Of a stretch of 64,000 nucleotides of DNA, positions 48,101-63,985 are shown one piece after another. Both the position numbers and the translations under genes were made by a program. Under the pieces are notes generated by a model. It did no database searches. It saw only the letters and a list, made by a program, of their open reading frames with translations, and was not told where the DNA came from. The first letter of the stretch is position 1. Every line of letters begins with the position of its first letter. Source of the stretch: Eledone cirrhosa (taxonomy: Eukaryota); the NCBI GenBank assembly GCA_964016885.1, contig OZ024759.1:744001-808000 (forward strand). The letters run 5' to 3'.

Positions 48101-49070
48101 TATATTAGTAACATGACACAGTCTATATTAGTAACATGGCACAGTCTATATTAGTAACATGACAAAGTCTATATTAGTAGCATGACAAAGTCTATATTAG
48201 TAACATGACAAAGTCTATATTAGTAACATGACAAAGTCTATATTAGTAACATGACACAGTCTATATTAGTAACATGACAAAGTCTATATTAGTAACATGA
48301 CACTGTCTATATTAGTAACTTGACAAAGTCTATATTAGTAACATGACACAGTCTATATAAGTAACATGACACAGTCTATATTAGTAACATGACAAAGTCT
48401 ATATTAGTAGCATGACAAAGTCTATATTAGTAACATGACACAGTCTATATTAGTAACATGACAGTCTATATTAGTAGCATGACAAAGTCTATATTAGTAA
48501 CATGACACAGTCTATATTAGTAACATGACAAAGTCTATATTAGTAACATGACACAGTCTATATTAGTAACATGACAAAGTCTATATTAGTAACATGACAC
48601 AGTCTATATTAGTAACATGACAAAGTCTATATTAGTAGCATGACAAAGTCTATATTAGTAACATGACACAGTCTATGTTAGTAACATGACAAAGTCTATA
48701 TTAGTAACATGACAAAGTCTATATTAGTAACATGACAAAGTCTATATTAGTAACATGACAAAGTCTATATTAGTAACATGACACAGTCTATATTAGTAAC
48801 ATGACACAGTCTATATTAGTAACATGACACAGTCTATATTAGTAACATGACACAGTCTATATTAGTAACATGACAAAGTCTATATTAGTAACATGGCAAA
48901 GTCTATATTAGTAACATGACAAAGTCTATATTAGTAACATGACATGGTCTATATTAGTAACATGACACAGTCTATATTAGTAACATGACACAGTCTATAT
49001 TAGTAACATGACAGTCTATATTAGTAACATGACAAAGTCTATATTAGTAGCATGACAAAGTCTATATTAG
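43765..49070. repeat. 2627-bp tandem duplication overlapping the 1892-bp one
   Basis: GATTAGG 43936/46563, ATTATTAAC 44845/47472, TCTATGTT 46050/48677 and GACATGG 46314/48941 are all 2627 apart. Confidence 0.92.
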
Positions 49071-49999
49071 TAACATGACACAGTCTATATTAGTAACATA
49101 ACAGTCTATATTAGTAACATGACACATTCTATATTAGTAACATGACAAAGTCTATATTAGTAGCATGACAAAGTCTATATTAGTAACATGACAGTCCATA
49201 TTAGTAACATGACGAAGTCTATATCAGTAGCATGACAAAGTCTACATTAGTAGCATGACACAGTCTATATTAGTAACATGACACAGTCTATATTAGTAAC
49301 ATGACAAAGTCTATATTAGTAACATGACACAGTCTATATTAGTAACATGACAAAGTCTATATTAGTAACATGACAAAGTCTATATTAGTAACATGACACA
49401 GTCTATATTAGTAACATGACAAAGTCTATATTAGTAACATGACACTGTCTATATTAGTAACTTGACAAAGTCTATATTAGTAACATGACACAGTCTATAT
49501 TAGTAACATGACACAGTCTATATTAGTAACATGACAAAGTCTATATTAGTAGCATGACAAAGTCTATATTAGTAACATGACAAAGTCTATATTAGTAACA
49601 TGACACAGTCTATATTAGTAACATGACAAAGTCTATATTAGTAACATGACACAGTCTATATTAGTAACATGACAAAGTCTATATTAGTAACATGACAGTC
49701 TATATTAGTAACATGACAGTCTATATTAGTAGCATGACAAAGTCTATATTAGTAACATGACAAAGTCTATATTAGTAACATGACACAGTCTATATTAGTA
49801 ACATGACACAGTCTATATTAGTAACATGACAGTCTATATTAGTAGCATGACAAAGTCTATATTAGTAACATGACACAGTCTATATTAGTAACATGACAAA
49901 GTCTATATTAGTAACATGACACAGTCTATATTAGTAACATGACACAGTCTATATTAGTAACATGACACAGTCTATATTAGTAACATGACAAAGTCTATA

Positions 50000-51480
50000 T
50001 TAGTAACATGACAAAGTCTATATTAGTAACATGACAGTCTATATTAGTAACATGACAAAGTCTATATTAGTAACATGACACAGTCTATATTAGTAACATG
50101 ACAAAGTCTCTATTAATAACATGACAAAGTCTATATTAGTAACATGACAGTCTATATTAGTAACATGACAAAGTCTCTATTAGTAACATGACAAAGTCTA
50201 TATTAGTAACATGACAGTCTATATTAGTAACATGACAAAGTCTATATTAGTAACATGACAGTCTATATTGTAACATGACACAGTCTATATTAGTAACATG
50301 ACACAGTCGATATTAGTAACATGACAGTCTATATTAGTAACATGACAAAGTCTATATTAGTAACATGACAAAGTCTATATTAGTAACATGACAAAGTCTA
50401 TATTAGTAGCATGACACAGTCTATATTAGTAACATGACAAAGTCTATATTAGTAACATGACACAGTCTATATTAGTAACATGACAAAGTCTATATTAGTA
50501 GAATGACACAGTCTATATTAGTAACATGACACAGTCTATATTAGTAACATGACAGTCTATATTAGTAACATGACAAAGTCTATATTAGTAGCATGACAAA
50601 GTCTATATTAGTAACATGACACAGTCTATATTAGTAACGTGACAATCTATATTAGTAACATGACACAGTCTATATTAGTAACATGACAAAGTCTATATTA
50701 GTAGCATGACAAAGTCTATATTAGTAACATGACAGTCTATATTAGTAACATGACAAAGTCTATATTAGTAGCATGACAAGGTCTATATTAGTAGCATGAC
50801 ACAGTCTATATTAGTAACATGACACAGTCTATATTAGTAACATGACACAGTCTATATTAGTAACATGACAAAGTCTATATTAGTAGCATGACAAAGTCTA
50901 TATTAGCAACATGACAAAGTCTATATTAGTAACATAACACAGTCTATATTAGTAACATGACAAAGTCTATATTATTAACATGACAAAGTCTATATTAGTA
51001 ACATGACACAGTCTATATTAGTAACATGACAAAGTCTATATTAGTAACATGACAGTGTCTATATTAGTTACTTGACAAAGTCTATATTAGTAACATGACA
51101 CAGTCTATATTAGTAACATGACACAGTCTATATTAGTAACATGACAAAGTCTATATTAGTAGCATGACAAAGTCTATATTAGTAACATGACAAAGTCTAT
51201 ATTAGTAACATGACACAGTCTATATTAGTAACATGACAAAGTCTATATTAGTAACATGACACAGTCTATAATAGTAACATGACAAAGTCTATATTAGTAA
51301 CATGACAGTCTATATTAGTAACATGACAGTCTATATTAGTAGCATGACAAAGTCTATATTAGTAACATGACAAAGTCTATATTAGTAACATGACACAGTC
51401 TATATTAGTAACATGACACAGTCTATATTAGTAACATGAAAGTCTATATTAGTATCATGACAAAGTCTATATTAGTAACA
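50000..51480. repeat. Non-adjacent copy of ~7,760-9,230 (offset 42,246 bp); a third copy lies at ~20,200-21,350
   Basis: TCTCTATTAATAAC 7861/50107; AGTAGAATG 8251/50497 (also 20374); GACAGTGTC...GTTACTTG 8805/51051 (also 20905). Confidence 0.88.
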
Positions 51481-51744
51481 TGACAAAGTCTATACTAGTA
51501 ACATGACAAAGTCTATATTAGTAGCATGACAAAGTCTATATTAGTAACATGACAAAGTCTATATTAGTAACATGACACAGTCTATGTTAGTAACATGACA
51601 AAGTCTATATTAGTAACATGACACAGTCTATATTAGTAACATGACAAAGTCTATATTAGTAGCATGACAAAGTCTATATTAGTAACATGACACAGTCTAT
51701 ATTAGTAACATGACAAAGTCTATATTAGTAACATGACACAGTCT

Positions 51745-54700
51745 ATATTAGTAACATGACAGTCTATATTAGTAGCATGACAAAGTCTATATTAGTAACA
51801 TGACAAAGTCTATATTAGTAACATGACACAGGTCTATATTAGTAACATGACACAGTCTATATTAGTAACATGACACAGTCTATATTAGTAACATGACAAA
51901 GTCTATATTAGTAACATGGCAAAGTCTATATTAGTAACATGACAAAGTCTATATTAGTAACATGACAAGGTCTATATTAGTAACATGACACAGTCTATAT
52001 TAGTAACATGACAGTCTATATTAGTAACATGACACATTCTATATTAGTAACATGACAAAGTCTATATTAGTAGCATGACAAAGTCTATATTAGTAACATG
52101 ACAGTCTATATTAGTAACATGACAAAGTCTATATTAGTAGCATGACAAAGTCTACATTAGTAGCATGACACAGTCTATATTAGTAACATGACACAGTCTA
52201 TATTAGTAACATGACAAAGTCTATATTAGTAGCATGACACAGTCTATATTAGTAACATGACACAGTCTATATTAGTAACATGACAGTCTATATTAGTAAC
52301 ATGACAAAGTCTATATTAGTAGCATGACAAAGTCTATATTAGTAACATGACACAGTCTATATTAGTAACATGACAATCTATATTAGTAACATGACACAGT
52401 CTATATTAGTAACATGACAAAGTCTATATTAGTAGCATCACAAAGTCTATATTAGTAACATGACAGTCTATATTAGTAACATGACAAAGTCTATATTAGT
52501 AGCATGACAAAGTCTATATTAGTAGCATGACACAGTCTATATTAGTAACATGACACAGTCTATATTAGTAACATGACACAGTCTATATTAGTAACATGAC
52601 AAAGTCTATATTAGCAGCATGACAAAGTCTATATTAGTAACATGACAAAGTCTATATTAGTAACATGACACAGTCTATATTAGTAACATGACAAAGTCTA
52701 TATTAGTAACATGACAAAGTCTATATTAGTAACATGACACAGTCTATATTAGTAACATGACAAAGTCTATATTAGTAACATGACACTGTCTATATTAGTA
52801 ACTTGACAAAGTCTGTATTAGTAACATGACACAGTCTATATTAGTAACATGACACAGTCTATATTAGTAACATGACAAAGTCTATATTAGTAGCATGACA
52901 ATGTCTATATTAGTAACATGACAAAGTCTATATTAGTAACATGACACAGTCTATATTAGTAACATGACAAAGTCTATATTAGTAACATGACAAAGTCTAT
53001 ATTAGTAACATGACACAGTCTATAATAGTAACATGACAAAGTCTATATTAGTAACATGACAGTCTATATTAGTAACATGACAGTCTATATTAGTAGCATG
53101 ACAAAGTCTATATTAGTAACATGACAAAGTCTATATTAGTAACATGACACAGTCTATATTAGTAACATGACACAGTCTATATTAGTAACATGAAAGTCTA
53201 TATTAGTATCATGACAAAGTCTATATTAGTAACATGACACAGTCTATATTAGTAACAAGACATAGTCTATATTAGTAACATGACAAAGTCTATATTAGTA
53301 GCATGACAAAGTCTATATTAGTAACATGACAAAGTCTATATTAGTAACATGACACAGTCTATGTTAGTAACATGACAAAGTCTATATTAGTAACATGACA
53401 CAGTCTATATTAGTAACATGACAAAGTCTATATTAGTAGCATGACAAAGTCTATATTAGTAACATGACACAGTCTATATTAGTAACATGACAAAGTCTAT
53501 ATTAGTAACATGACAAAGACTATATTAGTAACATGACAAAGTCTATATTAGTAACATGACAAAGTCTATATTAGTAACATGACACAGTCTATATTAGTAA
53601 CATGACAGTCTATATTAGTAGCATGACAAAGTCTATATTAGTAACATGACAAAGTCTATATTAGTAACATGACACAGTCTATATTAGTAACATGACACAG
53701 TCTATATTAGTAACATGACACAGTCTATATTAGTAACATGACAAAGTCTATATTAGTAACATGGCAAAGTCTATATTAGTAACATGACAAAGTCTATATT
53801 AGTAACATGACAAGGTCTATATTAGTAACATGACAAAGTCTATATTAGTAACATGACAGTCTATATTAGTAACATGACAAAGTCTATATTAGTAGCATGA
53901 CAAAGTCTATATTAGTAGCATGACACAGTCTATATTAGTAACATGACACAGTCTATATTAGTAACATGACACAGTCTATATTAGTAACATGACAAAGTCT
54001 ATATTAGCAGCATGACAAAGTCTATATTAGTAACATGACAAAGTCTATATTAGTAACATGACCCAGTCTATATTAGTAACATGACAAAGTCTATATTAGT
54101 AACATGACAAAGTCTATATTAGTAACATGACACAGTCTATATTAGTAACATGACAAAGTCTATATTAGTAACATGACACTGTCTATATTAGTAACTTGAC
54201 AAAGTCTGTATTAGTAACATGACACAGTCTATATTAGTAACATGACACAGTCTATATTAGTAACATGACAAAGTCTATATTAGTAGCATGACAATGTCTA
54301 TATTAGTAACATGACAAAGTCTATATTAGTAACATGACACAGTCTATATTAGTAACATGACAAAGTCTATATTAGTAACATGACACAGTCTATATTAGTA
54401 ACATGACAAAGTCTATATTAGTAACATGACAGTCTATATTAGTAACATGACAGTCTATATTAGTAGCATGATAAAGTCTATATTAGTAACATGACAAAGT
54501 CTATATTAGTAACATGACACAGTCTATATTAGTAACATGACAGTCTATATTAGTAACATGACAGTCTATATTAGTAGCATGACAAAGTCTATATTAGTAA
54601 CATGACAAAGTCTATATTAGTAACATGACACAGGTCTATATTAGTAACATGACACAGTCTATATTAGTAACATGACACAGTCTATATTAGTAACATGACA

Positions 54701-57380
54701 AAGTCTATATTAGTAACATGGCAAAGTCTATATTAGTAACATGACAAAGTCTATATTAGTAACATGACAAGGTCTATATTAGTAACATGACACAGTCTAT
54801 ATTAGTAACATGACAGTCTATATTAGTAACATGACACATTCTATATTAGTAACATGACAAAGTCTATATTAGTAGCATGACAAAGTCTATATTAGTAACA
54901 TGACAGTCTATATTAGTAACATGACAAAGTCTATATTAGTAGCATGACAAAGTCTACATTAGTAGCATGACACAGTCTATATTAGTAACATGACACAGTC
55001 TATATTAGTAACATGACAAAGTCTATATTAGTAGCATGACACAGTCTATATTAGTAACATGACACAGTCTATATTAGTAACATGACAGTCTATATTAGTA
55101 ACATGACAAAGTCTATATTAGTAGCATGACAAAGTCTATATTAGTAACATGACACAGTCTATATTAGTAACATGACAATCTATATTAGTAACATGACACA
55201 GTCTATATTAGTAACATGACAAAGTCTATATTAGTAGCATCACAAAGTCTATATTAGTAACATGACAGTCTATATTAGTAACATGACAAAGTCTATATTA
55301 GTAGCATGACAAAGTCTATATTAGTAGCATGACACAGTCTATATTAGTAACATGACACAGTCTATATTAGTAACATGACACAGTCTATATTAGTAACATG
55401 ACAAAGTCTATATTAGCAGCATGACAAAGTCTATATTAGTAACATGACAAAGTCTATATTAGTAACATGACACAGTCTATATTAGTAACATGACAAAGTC
55501 TATATTAGTAACATGACAAAGTCTATATTAGTAACATGACACAGTCTATATTAGTAACATGACAAAGTCTATATTAGTAACATGACACTGTCTATATTAG
55601 TAACTTGACAAAGTCTGTATTAGTAACATGACACAGTCTATATTAGTAACATGACACAGTCTATATTAGTAACATGACAAAGTCTATATTAGTAGCATGA
55701 CAATGTCTATATTAGTAACATGACAAAGTCTATATTAGTAACATGACACAGTCTATATTAGTAACATGACAAAGTCTATATTAGTAACATGACAAAGTCT
55801 ATATTAGTAACATGACACAGTCTATAATAGTAACATGACAAAGTCTATATTAGTAACATGACAGTCTATATTAGTAACATGACAGTCTATATTAGTAGCA
55901 TGACAAAGTCTATATTAGTAACATGACAAAGTCTATATTAGTAACATGACACAGTCTATATTAGTAACATGACACAGTCTATATTAGTAACATGAAAGTC
56001 TATATTAGTATCATGACAAAGTCTATATTAGTAACATGACACAGTCTATATTAGTAACAAGACATAGTCTATATTAGTAACATGACAAAGTCTATATTAG
56101 TAGCATGACAAAGTCTATATTAGTAACATGACAAAGTCTATATTAGTAACATGACACAGTCTATGTTAGTAACATGACAAAGTCTATATTAGTAACATGA
56201 CACAGTCTATATTAGTAACATGACAAAGTCTATATTAGTAGCATGACAAAGTCTATATTAGTAACATGACACAGTCTATATTAGTAACATGACAAAGTCT
56301 ATATTAGTAACATGACAAAGACTATATTAGTAACATGACAAAGTCTATATTAGTAACATGACAAAGTCTATATTAGTAACATGACACAGTCTATATTAGT
56401 AACATGACAGTCTATATTAGTAGCATGACAAAGTCTATATTAGTAACATGACAAAGTCTATATTAGTAACATGACACAGTCTATATTAGTAACATGACAC
56501 AGTCTATATTAGTAACATGACACAGTCTATATTAGTAACATGACAAAGTCTATATTAGTAACATGGCAAAGTCTATATTAGTAACATGACAAAGTCTATA
56601 TTAGTAACATGACAAGGTCTATATTAGTAACATGACAAAGTCTATATTAGTAACATGACAGTCTATATTAGTAACATGACAAAGTCTATATTAGTAGCAT
56701 GACAAAGTCTATATTAGTAGCATGACACAGTCTATATTAGTAACATGACACAGTCTATATTAGTAACATGACACAGTCTATATTAGTAACATGACAAAGT
56801 CTATATTAGCAGCATGACAAAGTCTATATTAGTAACATGACAAAGTCTATATTAGTAACATGACCCAGTCTATATTAGTAACATGACAAAGTCTATATTA
56901 GTAACATGACAAAGTCTATATTAGTAACATGACACAGTCTATATTAGTAACATGACAAAGTCTATATTAGTAACATGACACTGTCTATATTAGTAACTTG
57001 ACAAAGTCTGTATTAGTAACATGACACAGTCTATATTAGTAACATGACACAGTCTATATTAGTAACATGACAAAGTCTATATTAGTAGCATGACAATGTC
57101 TATATTAGTAACATGACAAAGTCTATATTAGTAACATGACACAGTCTATATTAGTAACATGACAAAGTCTATATTAGTAACATGACACAGTCTATATTAG
57201 TAACATGACAAAGTCTATATTAGTAACATGACAGTCTATATTAGTAACATGACAGTCTATATTAGTAGCATGATAAAGTCTATATTAGTAACATGACAAA
57301 GTCTATATTAGTAACATGACACAGTCTATATTAGTAACATGACAGTCTATATTAGTAACATGACAGTCTATATTAGTAGC
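51745..57380. repeat. 2802-bp tandem duplication
   Basis: The 24-bp insertion variant CACAGGTC (51831/54633), GACCCAG (54060/56862) and GATAAAG (54470/57272) are all 2802 apart. Confidence 0.92.
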
Positions 57381-60300
57381 ATGATAAAGTCTATATTAGT
57401 AACATGACAAAGTCTATATTAGTAACATGACACAGTCTATATTAGTAACATGACACAGTCTATATTAGTAACATGACAGTCTATATTAGTAGCATGACAA
57501 TGTCTATATTATTAACATGACAAAGTCTATATTAGTAACATGACAAAGTCTATATTAGTAACATGACAGTCTATATTAGTAGCATGACAAAGTCTATATT
57601 AGTAACATGACAAAGTCTATATTAGTAACATGACACAGTCTATATTAGTAACATGACACAGTGTATATTAGTAACATGACAGTGTATATTAGTAACATGA
57701 CAACGTCTATATTAGTAACATGGCAAAGTCTATGTTAGTAACATGACAAAGTCTATATTAGTAACATGACAGTCTATATTAGTAACATGACACATTCTAT
57801 ATTAGTAACATGACAAAGTCTATATTAGTAGCATGACAAAGTCTATATTAGTAACATGACAGTCTATATTAGTAACATGCCAAAGTCTATATTAGTAGCA
57901 TGACAAAGTCTATATTAGTAGCATGACACAGTCTATATTAGTAACATGACACAGTCTATATTAGTAACATGACACAGTCTATATTTGTAGCATGACAAAG
58001 TCTATATTAGTAACATGACAAAGTCTATATTAGTAACATGACACAGTCTATATTAGTAACATGACAAAGTCTATATTAGTAACATGACAAAGTCTATATT
58101 AGTAACATGACACAGTGTATATTAGTCATATGACAGTCTATATTAGTAGCATGACAAAGTCTATATTAGTAACATGACACAGTCTATATTAGTAACATGA
58201 CACAGTCTATATTAGTAACATGACAAAGTCTATATTAGTAACATGGCAAAGTCTATATTAGTAACATGACAAAGTCTATATTAGTAACATGACAAGGTCT
58301 ATATTAGTAACATGACACAGTCTATATTAGTAACATGACAAAGTCTATATTAGTAACATGACAGTCTATATTAGTAACATGACAAAGTCTATATTAGTAA
58401 CATGACACAGTGTATATTAGTAATATGACAGTCTATATTAGTAGCATGACAAAGTCTATATTAGTAACATGAGAAAGTCTATATTAGTAGCATGACCAAG
58501 TCTATATTAGTAACATGACAAAGTCTATATTAGTAGCATGACAAAGTCTATATTAGCAACATGACAAAGTCTATATTAGTAACATAACACAGTCTATATT
58601 AGTAACATGACAAAGTCTATATTATTAACATGACAAAGTCTATATTAGTAACATGACACAGTCTATATTAGTAACATGACAAAGTCTATATTAGTAACAT
58701 GACAGTGTCTATATTAGTTACTTGACAAAGTCTATATTAGTAACATGACACAGTCTATATTAGTAACATGACACAGTCTATATTAGTAACATGACAAAGT
58801 CTATATTAGTAGCATGACAAAGTCTATATTAGTAACATGACAAAGTCTATATTAGTAACATGACACAGTCTATATTAGTAACATGACAAAGTCTATATTA
58901 GTAACATGACACAGTCTATAATAGTAACATGACAAAGTCTATATTAGTAACATGACAGTCTATATTAGTAACATGACAGTCTATATTAGTAGCATGACAA
59001 AGTCTATATTAGTAACATGACAAAGTCTATATTAGTAACATGACACAGTCTATATTAGTAACATGACACAGTCTATATTAGTAACATGAAAGTCTATATT
59101 AGTATCATGACAAAGTCTATATTAGTAACATGACAAAGTCTATATTAGTAACATGACAAAGTCTATATTAGTAACATGACACAGTCTATATTAGTAACAT
59201 GACAAAGTCTATATTAGTAACATGACACAGTCTATATTAGTAACATGACAAAGTCTATATTAGTAACATGACAGTCTATATTAGTAACATGACAGTCTAT
59301 ATTAGTAGCATGATAAAGTCTATATTAGTAACATGACAAAGTCTATATTAGTAACATGACACAGTCTATATTAGTAACATGACAGTCTATATTAGTAACA
59401 TGACAGTCTATATTAGTAGCATGACAAAGTCTATATTAGTAACATGACAAAGTCTATATTAGTAACATGACACAGGTCTATATTAGTAACATGACACAGT
59501 CTATATTAGTAACATGACACAGTCTATATTAGTAACATGACAAAGTCTATATTAGTAACATGGCAAAGTCTATATTAGTAACATGACAAAGTCTATATTA
59601 GTAACATGACAAGGTCTATATTAGTAACATGACACAGTCTATATTAGTAACATGACAGTCTATATTAGTAACATGACACATTCTATATTAGTAACATGAC
59701 AAAGTCTATATTAGTAGCATGACAAAGTCTATATTAGTAACATGACAGTCTATATTAGTAACATGACAAAGTCTATATTAGTAGCATGACAAAGTCTACA
59801 TTAGTAGCATGACACAGTCTATATTAGTAACATGACACAGTCTATATTAGTAACATGACAAAGTCTATATTAGTAGCATGACACAGTCTATATTAGTAAC
59901 ATGACACAGTCTATATTAGTAACATGACAGTCTATATTAGTAACATGACAAAGTCTATATTAGTAGCATGACAAAGTCTATATTAGTAACATGACACAGT
60001 CTATATTAGTAACATGACAATCTATATTAGTAACATGACACAGTCTATATTAGTAACATGACAAAGTCTATATTAGTAGCATCACAAAGTCTATATTAGT
60101 AACATGACAGTCTATATTAGTAACATGACAAAGTCTATATTAGTAGCATGACAAAGTCTATATTAGTAGCATGACACAGTCTATATTAGTAACATGACAC
60201 AGTCTATATTAGTAACATGACACAGTCTATATTAGTAACATGACAAAGTCTATATTAGCAGCATGACAAAGTCTATATTAGTAACATGACAAAGTCTATA

Positions 60301-63300
60301 TTAGTAACATGACACAGTCTATATTAGTAACATGACAAAGTCTATATTAGTAACATGACAAAGTCTATATTAGTAACATGACACAGTCTATATTAGTAAC
60401 ATGACAAAGTCTATATTAGTAACATGACACTGTCTATATTAGTAACTTGACAAAGTCTGTATTAGTAACATGACACAGTCTATATTAGTAACATGACACA
60501 GTCTATATTAGTAACATGACAAAGTCTATATTAGTAGCATGACAATGTCTATATTAGTAACATGACAAAGTCTATATTAGTAACATGACACAGTCTATAT
60601 TAGTAACATGACAAAGTCTATATTAGTAACATGACAAAGTCTATATTAGTAACATGACACAGTCTATAATAGTAACATGACAAAGTCTATATTAGTAACA
60701 TGACAGTCTATATTAGTAACATGACAGTCTATATTAGTAGCATGACAAAGTCTATATTAGTAACATGACAAAGTCTATATTAGTAACATGACACAGTCTA
60801 TATTAGTAACATGACACAGTCTATATTAGTAACATGAAAGTCTATATTAGTATCATGACAAAGTCTATATTAGTAACATGACACAGTCTATATTAGTAAC
60901 AAGACATAGTCTATATTAGTAACATGACAAAGTCTATATTAGTAGCATGACAAAGTCTATATTAGTAACATGACAAAGTCTATATTAGTAACATGACACA
61001 GTCTATGTTAGTAACATGACAAAGTCTATATTAGTAACATGACACAGTCTATATTAGTAACATGACAAAGTCTATATTAGTAGCATGACAAAGTCTATAT
61101 TAGTAACATGACACAGTCTATATTAGTAACATGACAAAGTCTATATTAGTAACATGACAAAGACTATATTAGTAACATGACAAAGTCTATATTAGTAACA
61201 TGACAAAGTCTATATTAGTAACATGACACAGTCTATATTAGTAACATGACAGTCTATATTAGTAGCATGACAAAGTCTATATTAGTAACATGACAAAGTC
61301 TATATTAGTAACATGACACAGTCTATATTAGTAACATGACACAGTCTATATTAGTAACATGACACAGTCTATATTAGTAACATGACAAAGTCTATATTAG
61401 TAACATGGCAAAGTCTATATTAGTAACATGACAAAGTCTATATTAGTAACATGACAAGGTCTATATTAGTAACATGACAAAGTCTATATTAGTAACATGA
61501 CAGTCTATATTAGTAACATGACAAAGTCTATATTAGTAGCATGACAAAGTCTATATTAGTAGCATGACACAGTCTATATTAGTAACATGACACAGTCTAT
61601 ATTAGTAACATGACACAGTCTATATTAGTAACATGACAAAGTCTATATTAGCAGCATGACAAAGTCTATATTAGTAACATGACAAAGTCTATATTAGTAA
61701 CATGACCCAGTCTATATTAGTAACATGACAAAGTCTATATTAGTAACATGACAAAGTCTATATTAGTAACATGACACAGTCTATATTAGTAACATGACAA
61801 AGTCTATATTAGTAACATGACACTGTCTATATTAGTAACTTGACAAAGTCTGTATTAGTAACATGACACAGTCTATATTAGTAACATGACACAGTCTATA
61901 TTAGTAACATGACAAAGTCTATATTAGTAGCATGACAATGTCTATATTAGTAACATGACAAAGTCTATATTAGTAACATGACACAGTCTATATTAGTAAC
62001 ATGACAAAGTCTATATTAGTAACATGACACAGTCTATATTAGTAACATGACAAAGTCTATATTAGTAACATGACAGTCTATATTAGTAACATGACAGTCT
62101 ATATTAGTAGCATGATAAAGTCTATATTAGTAACATGACAAAGTCTATATTAGTAACATGACACAGTCTATATTAGTAACATGACAGTCTATATTAGTAA
62201 CATGACAGTCTATATTAGTAGCATGATAAAGTCTATATTAGTAACATGACAAAGTCTATATTAGTAACATGACACAGTCTATATTAGTAACATGACACAG
62301 TCTATATTAGTAACATGACAGTCTATATTAGTAGCATGACAATGTCTATATTATTAACATGACAAAGTCTATATTAGTAACATGACAAAGTCTATATTAG
62401 TAACATGACAGTCTATATTAGTAGCATGACAAAGTCTATATTAGTAACATGACAAAGTCTATATTAGTAACATGACACAGTCTATATTAGTAACATGACA
62501 CAGTGTATATTAGTAACATGACAGTGTATATTAGTAACATGACAACGTCTATATTAGTAACATGGCAAAGTCTATGTTAGTAACATGACAAAGTCTATAT
62601 TAGTAACATGACAGTCTATATTAGTAACATGACACATTCTATATTAGTAACATGACAAAGTCTATATTAGTAGCATGACAAAGTCTATATTAGTAACATG
62701 ACAGTCTATATTAGTAACATGCCAAAGTCTATATTAGTAGCATGACAAAGTCTATATTAGTAGCATGACACAGTCTATATTAGTAACATGACACAGTCTA
62801 TATTAGTAACATGACACAGTCTATATTTGTAGCATGACAAAGTCTATATTAGTAACATGACAAAGTCTATATTAGTAACATGACACAGTCTATATTAGTA
62901 ACATGACAAAGTCTATATTAGTAACATGACAAAGTCTATATTAGTAACATGACACAGTGTATATTAGTCATATGACAGTCTATATTAGTAGCATGACAAA
63001 GTCTATATTAGTAACATGACACAGTCTATATTAGTAACATGACACAGTCTATATTAGTAACATGACAAAGTCTATATTAGTAACATGGCAAAGTCTATAT
63101 TAGTAACATGACAAAGTCTATATTAGTAACATGACAAGGTCTATATTAGTAACATGACACAGTCTATATTAGTAACATGACAAAGTCTATATTAGTAACA
63201 TGACAGTCTATATTAGTAACATGACAAAGTCTATATTAGTAACATGACACAGTGTATATTAGTAATATGACAGTCTATATTAGTAGCATGACAAAGTCTA

Positions 63301-63985
63301 TATTAGTAACATGAGAAAGTCTATATTAGTAGCATGACCAAGTCTATATTAGTAACATGACAAAGTCTATATTAGTAGCATGACAAAGTCTATATTAGCA
63401 ACATGACAAAGTCTATATTAGTAACATAACACAGTCTATATTAGTAACATGACAAAGTCTATATTATTAACATGACAAAGTCTATATTAGTAACATGACA
63501 CAGTCTATATTAGTAACATGACAAAGTCTATATTAGTAACATGACAGTGTCTATATTAGTTACTTGACAAAGTCTATATTAGTAACATGACACAGTCTAT
63601 ATTAGTAACATGACACAGTCTATATTAGTAACATGACAAAGTCTATATTAGTAGCATGACAAAGTCTATATTAGTAACATGACAAAGTCTATATTAGTAA
63701 CATGACACAGTCTATATTAGTAACATGACAAAGTCTATATTAGTAACATGACACAGTCTATAATAGTAACATGACAAAGTCTATATTAGTAACATGACAG
63801 TCTATATTAGTAACATGACAGTCTATATTAGTAGCATGACAAAGTCTATATTAGTAACATGACAAAGTCTATATTAGTAACATGACACAGTCTATATTAG
63901 TAACATGACACAGTCTATATTAGTAACATGAAAGTCTATATTAGTATCATGACAAAGTCTATATTAGTAACATGACAAAGTCTAT
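54300..63985. repeat. 4842-bp tandem duplication overlapping the 2802-bp one
   Basis: CACAGGTC 54633/59475, GACCCAG 56862/61704, CAACGTC 57701/62543, AGTCATATG 58127/62969 and AGCAAC 58557/63399 are all 4842 apart. Confidence 0.93.
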
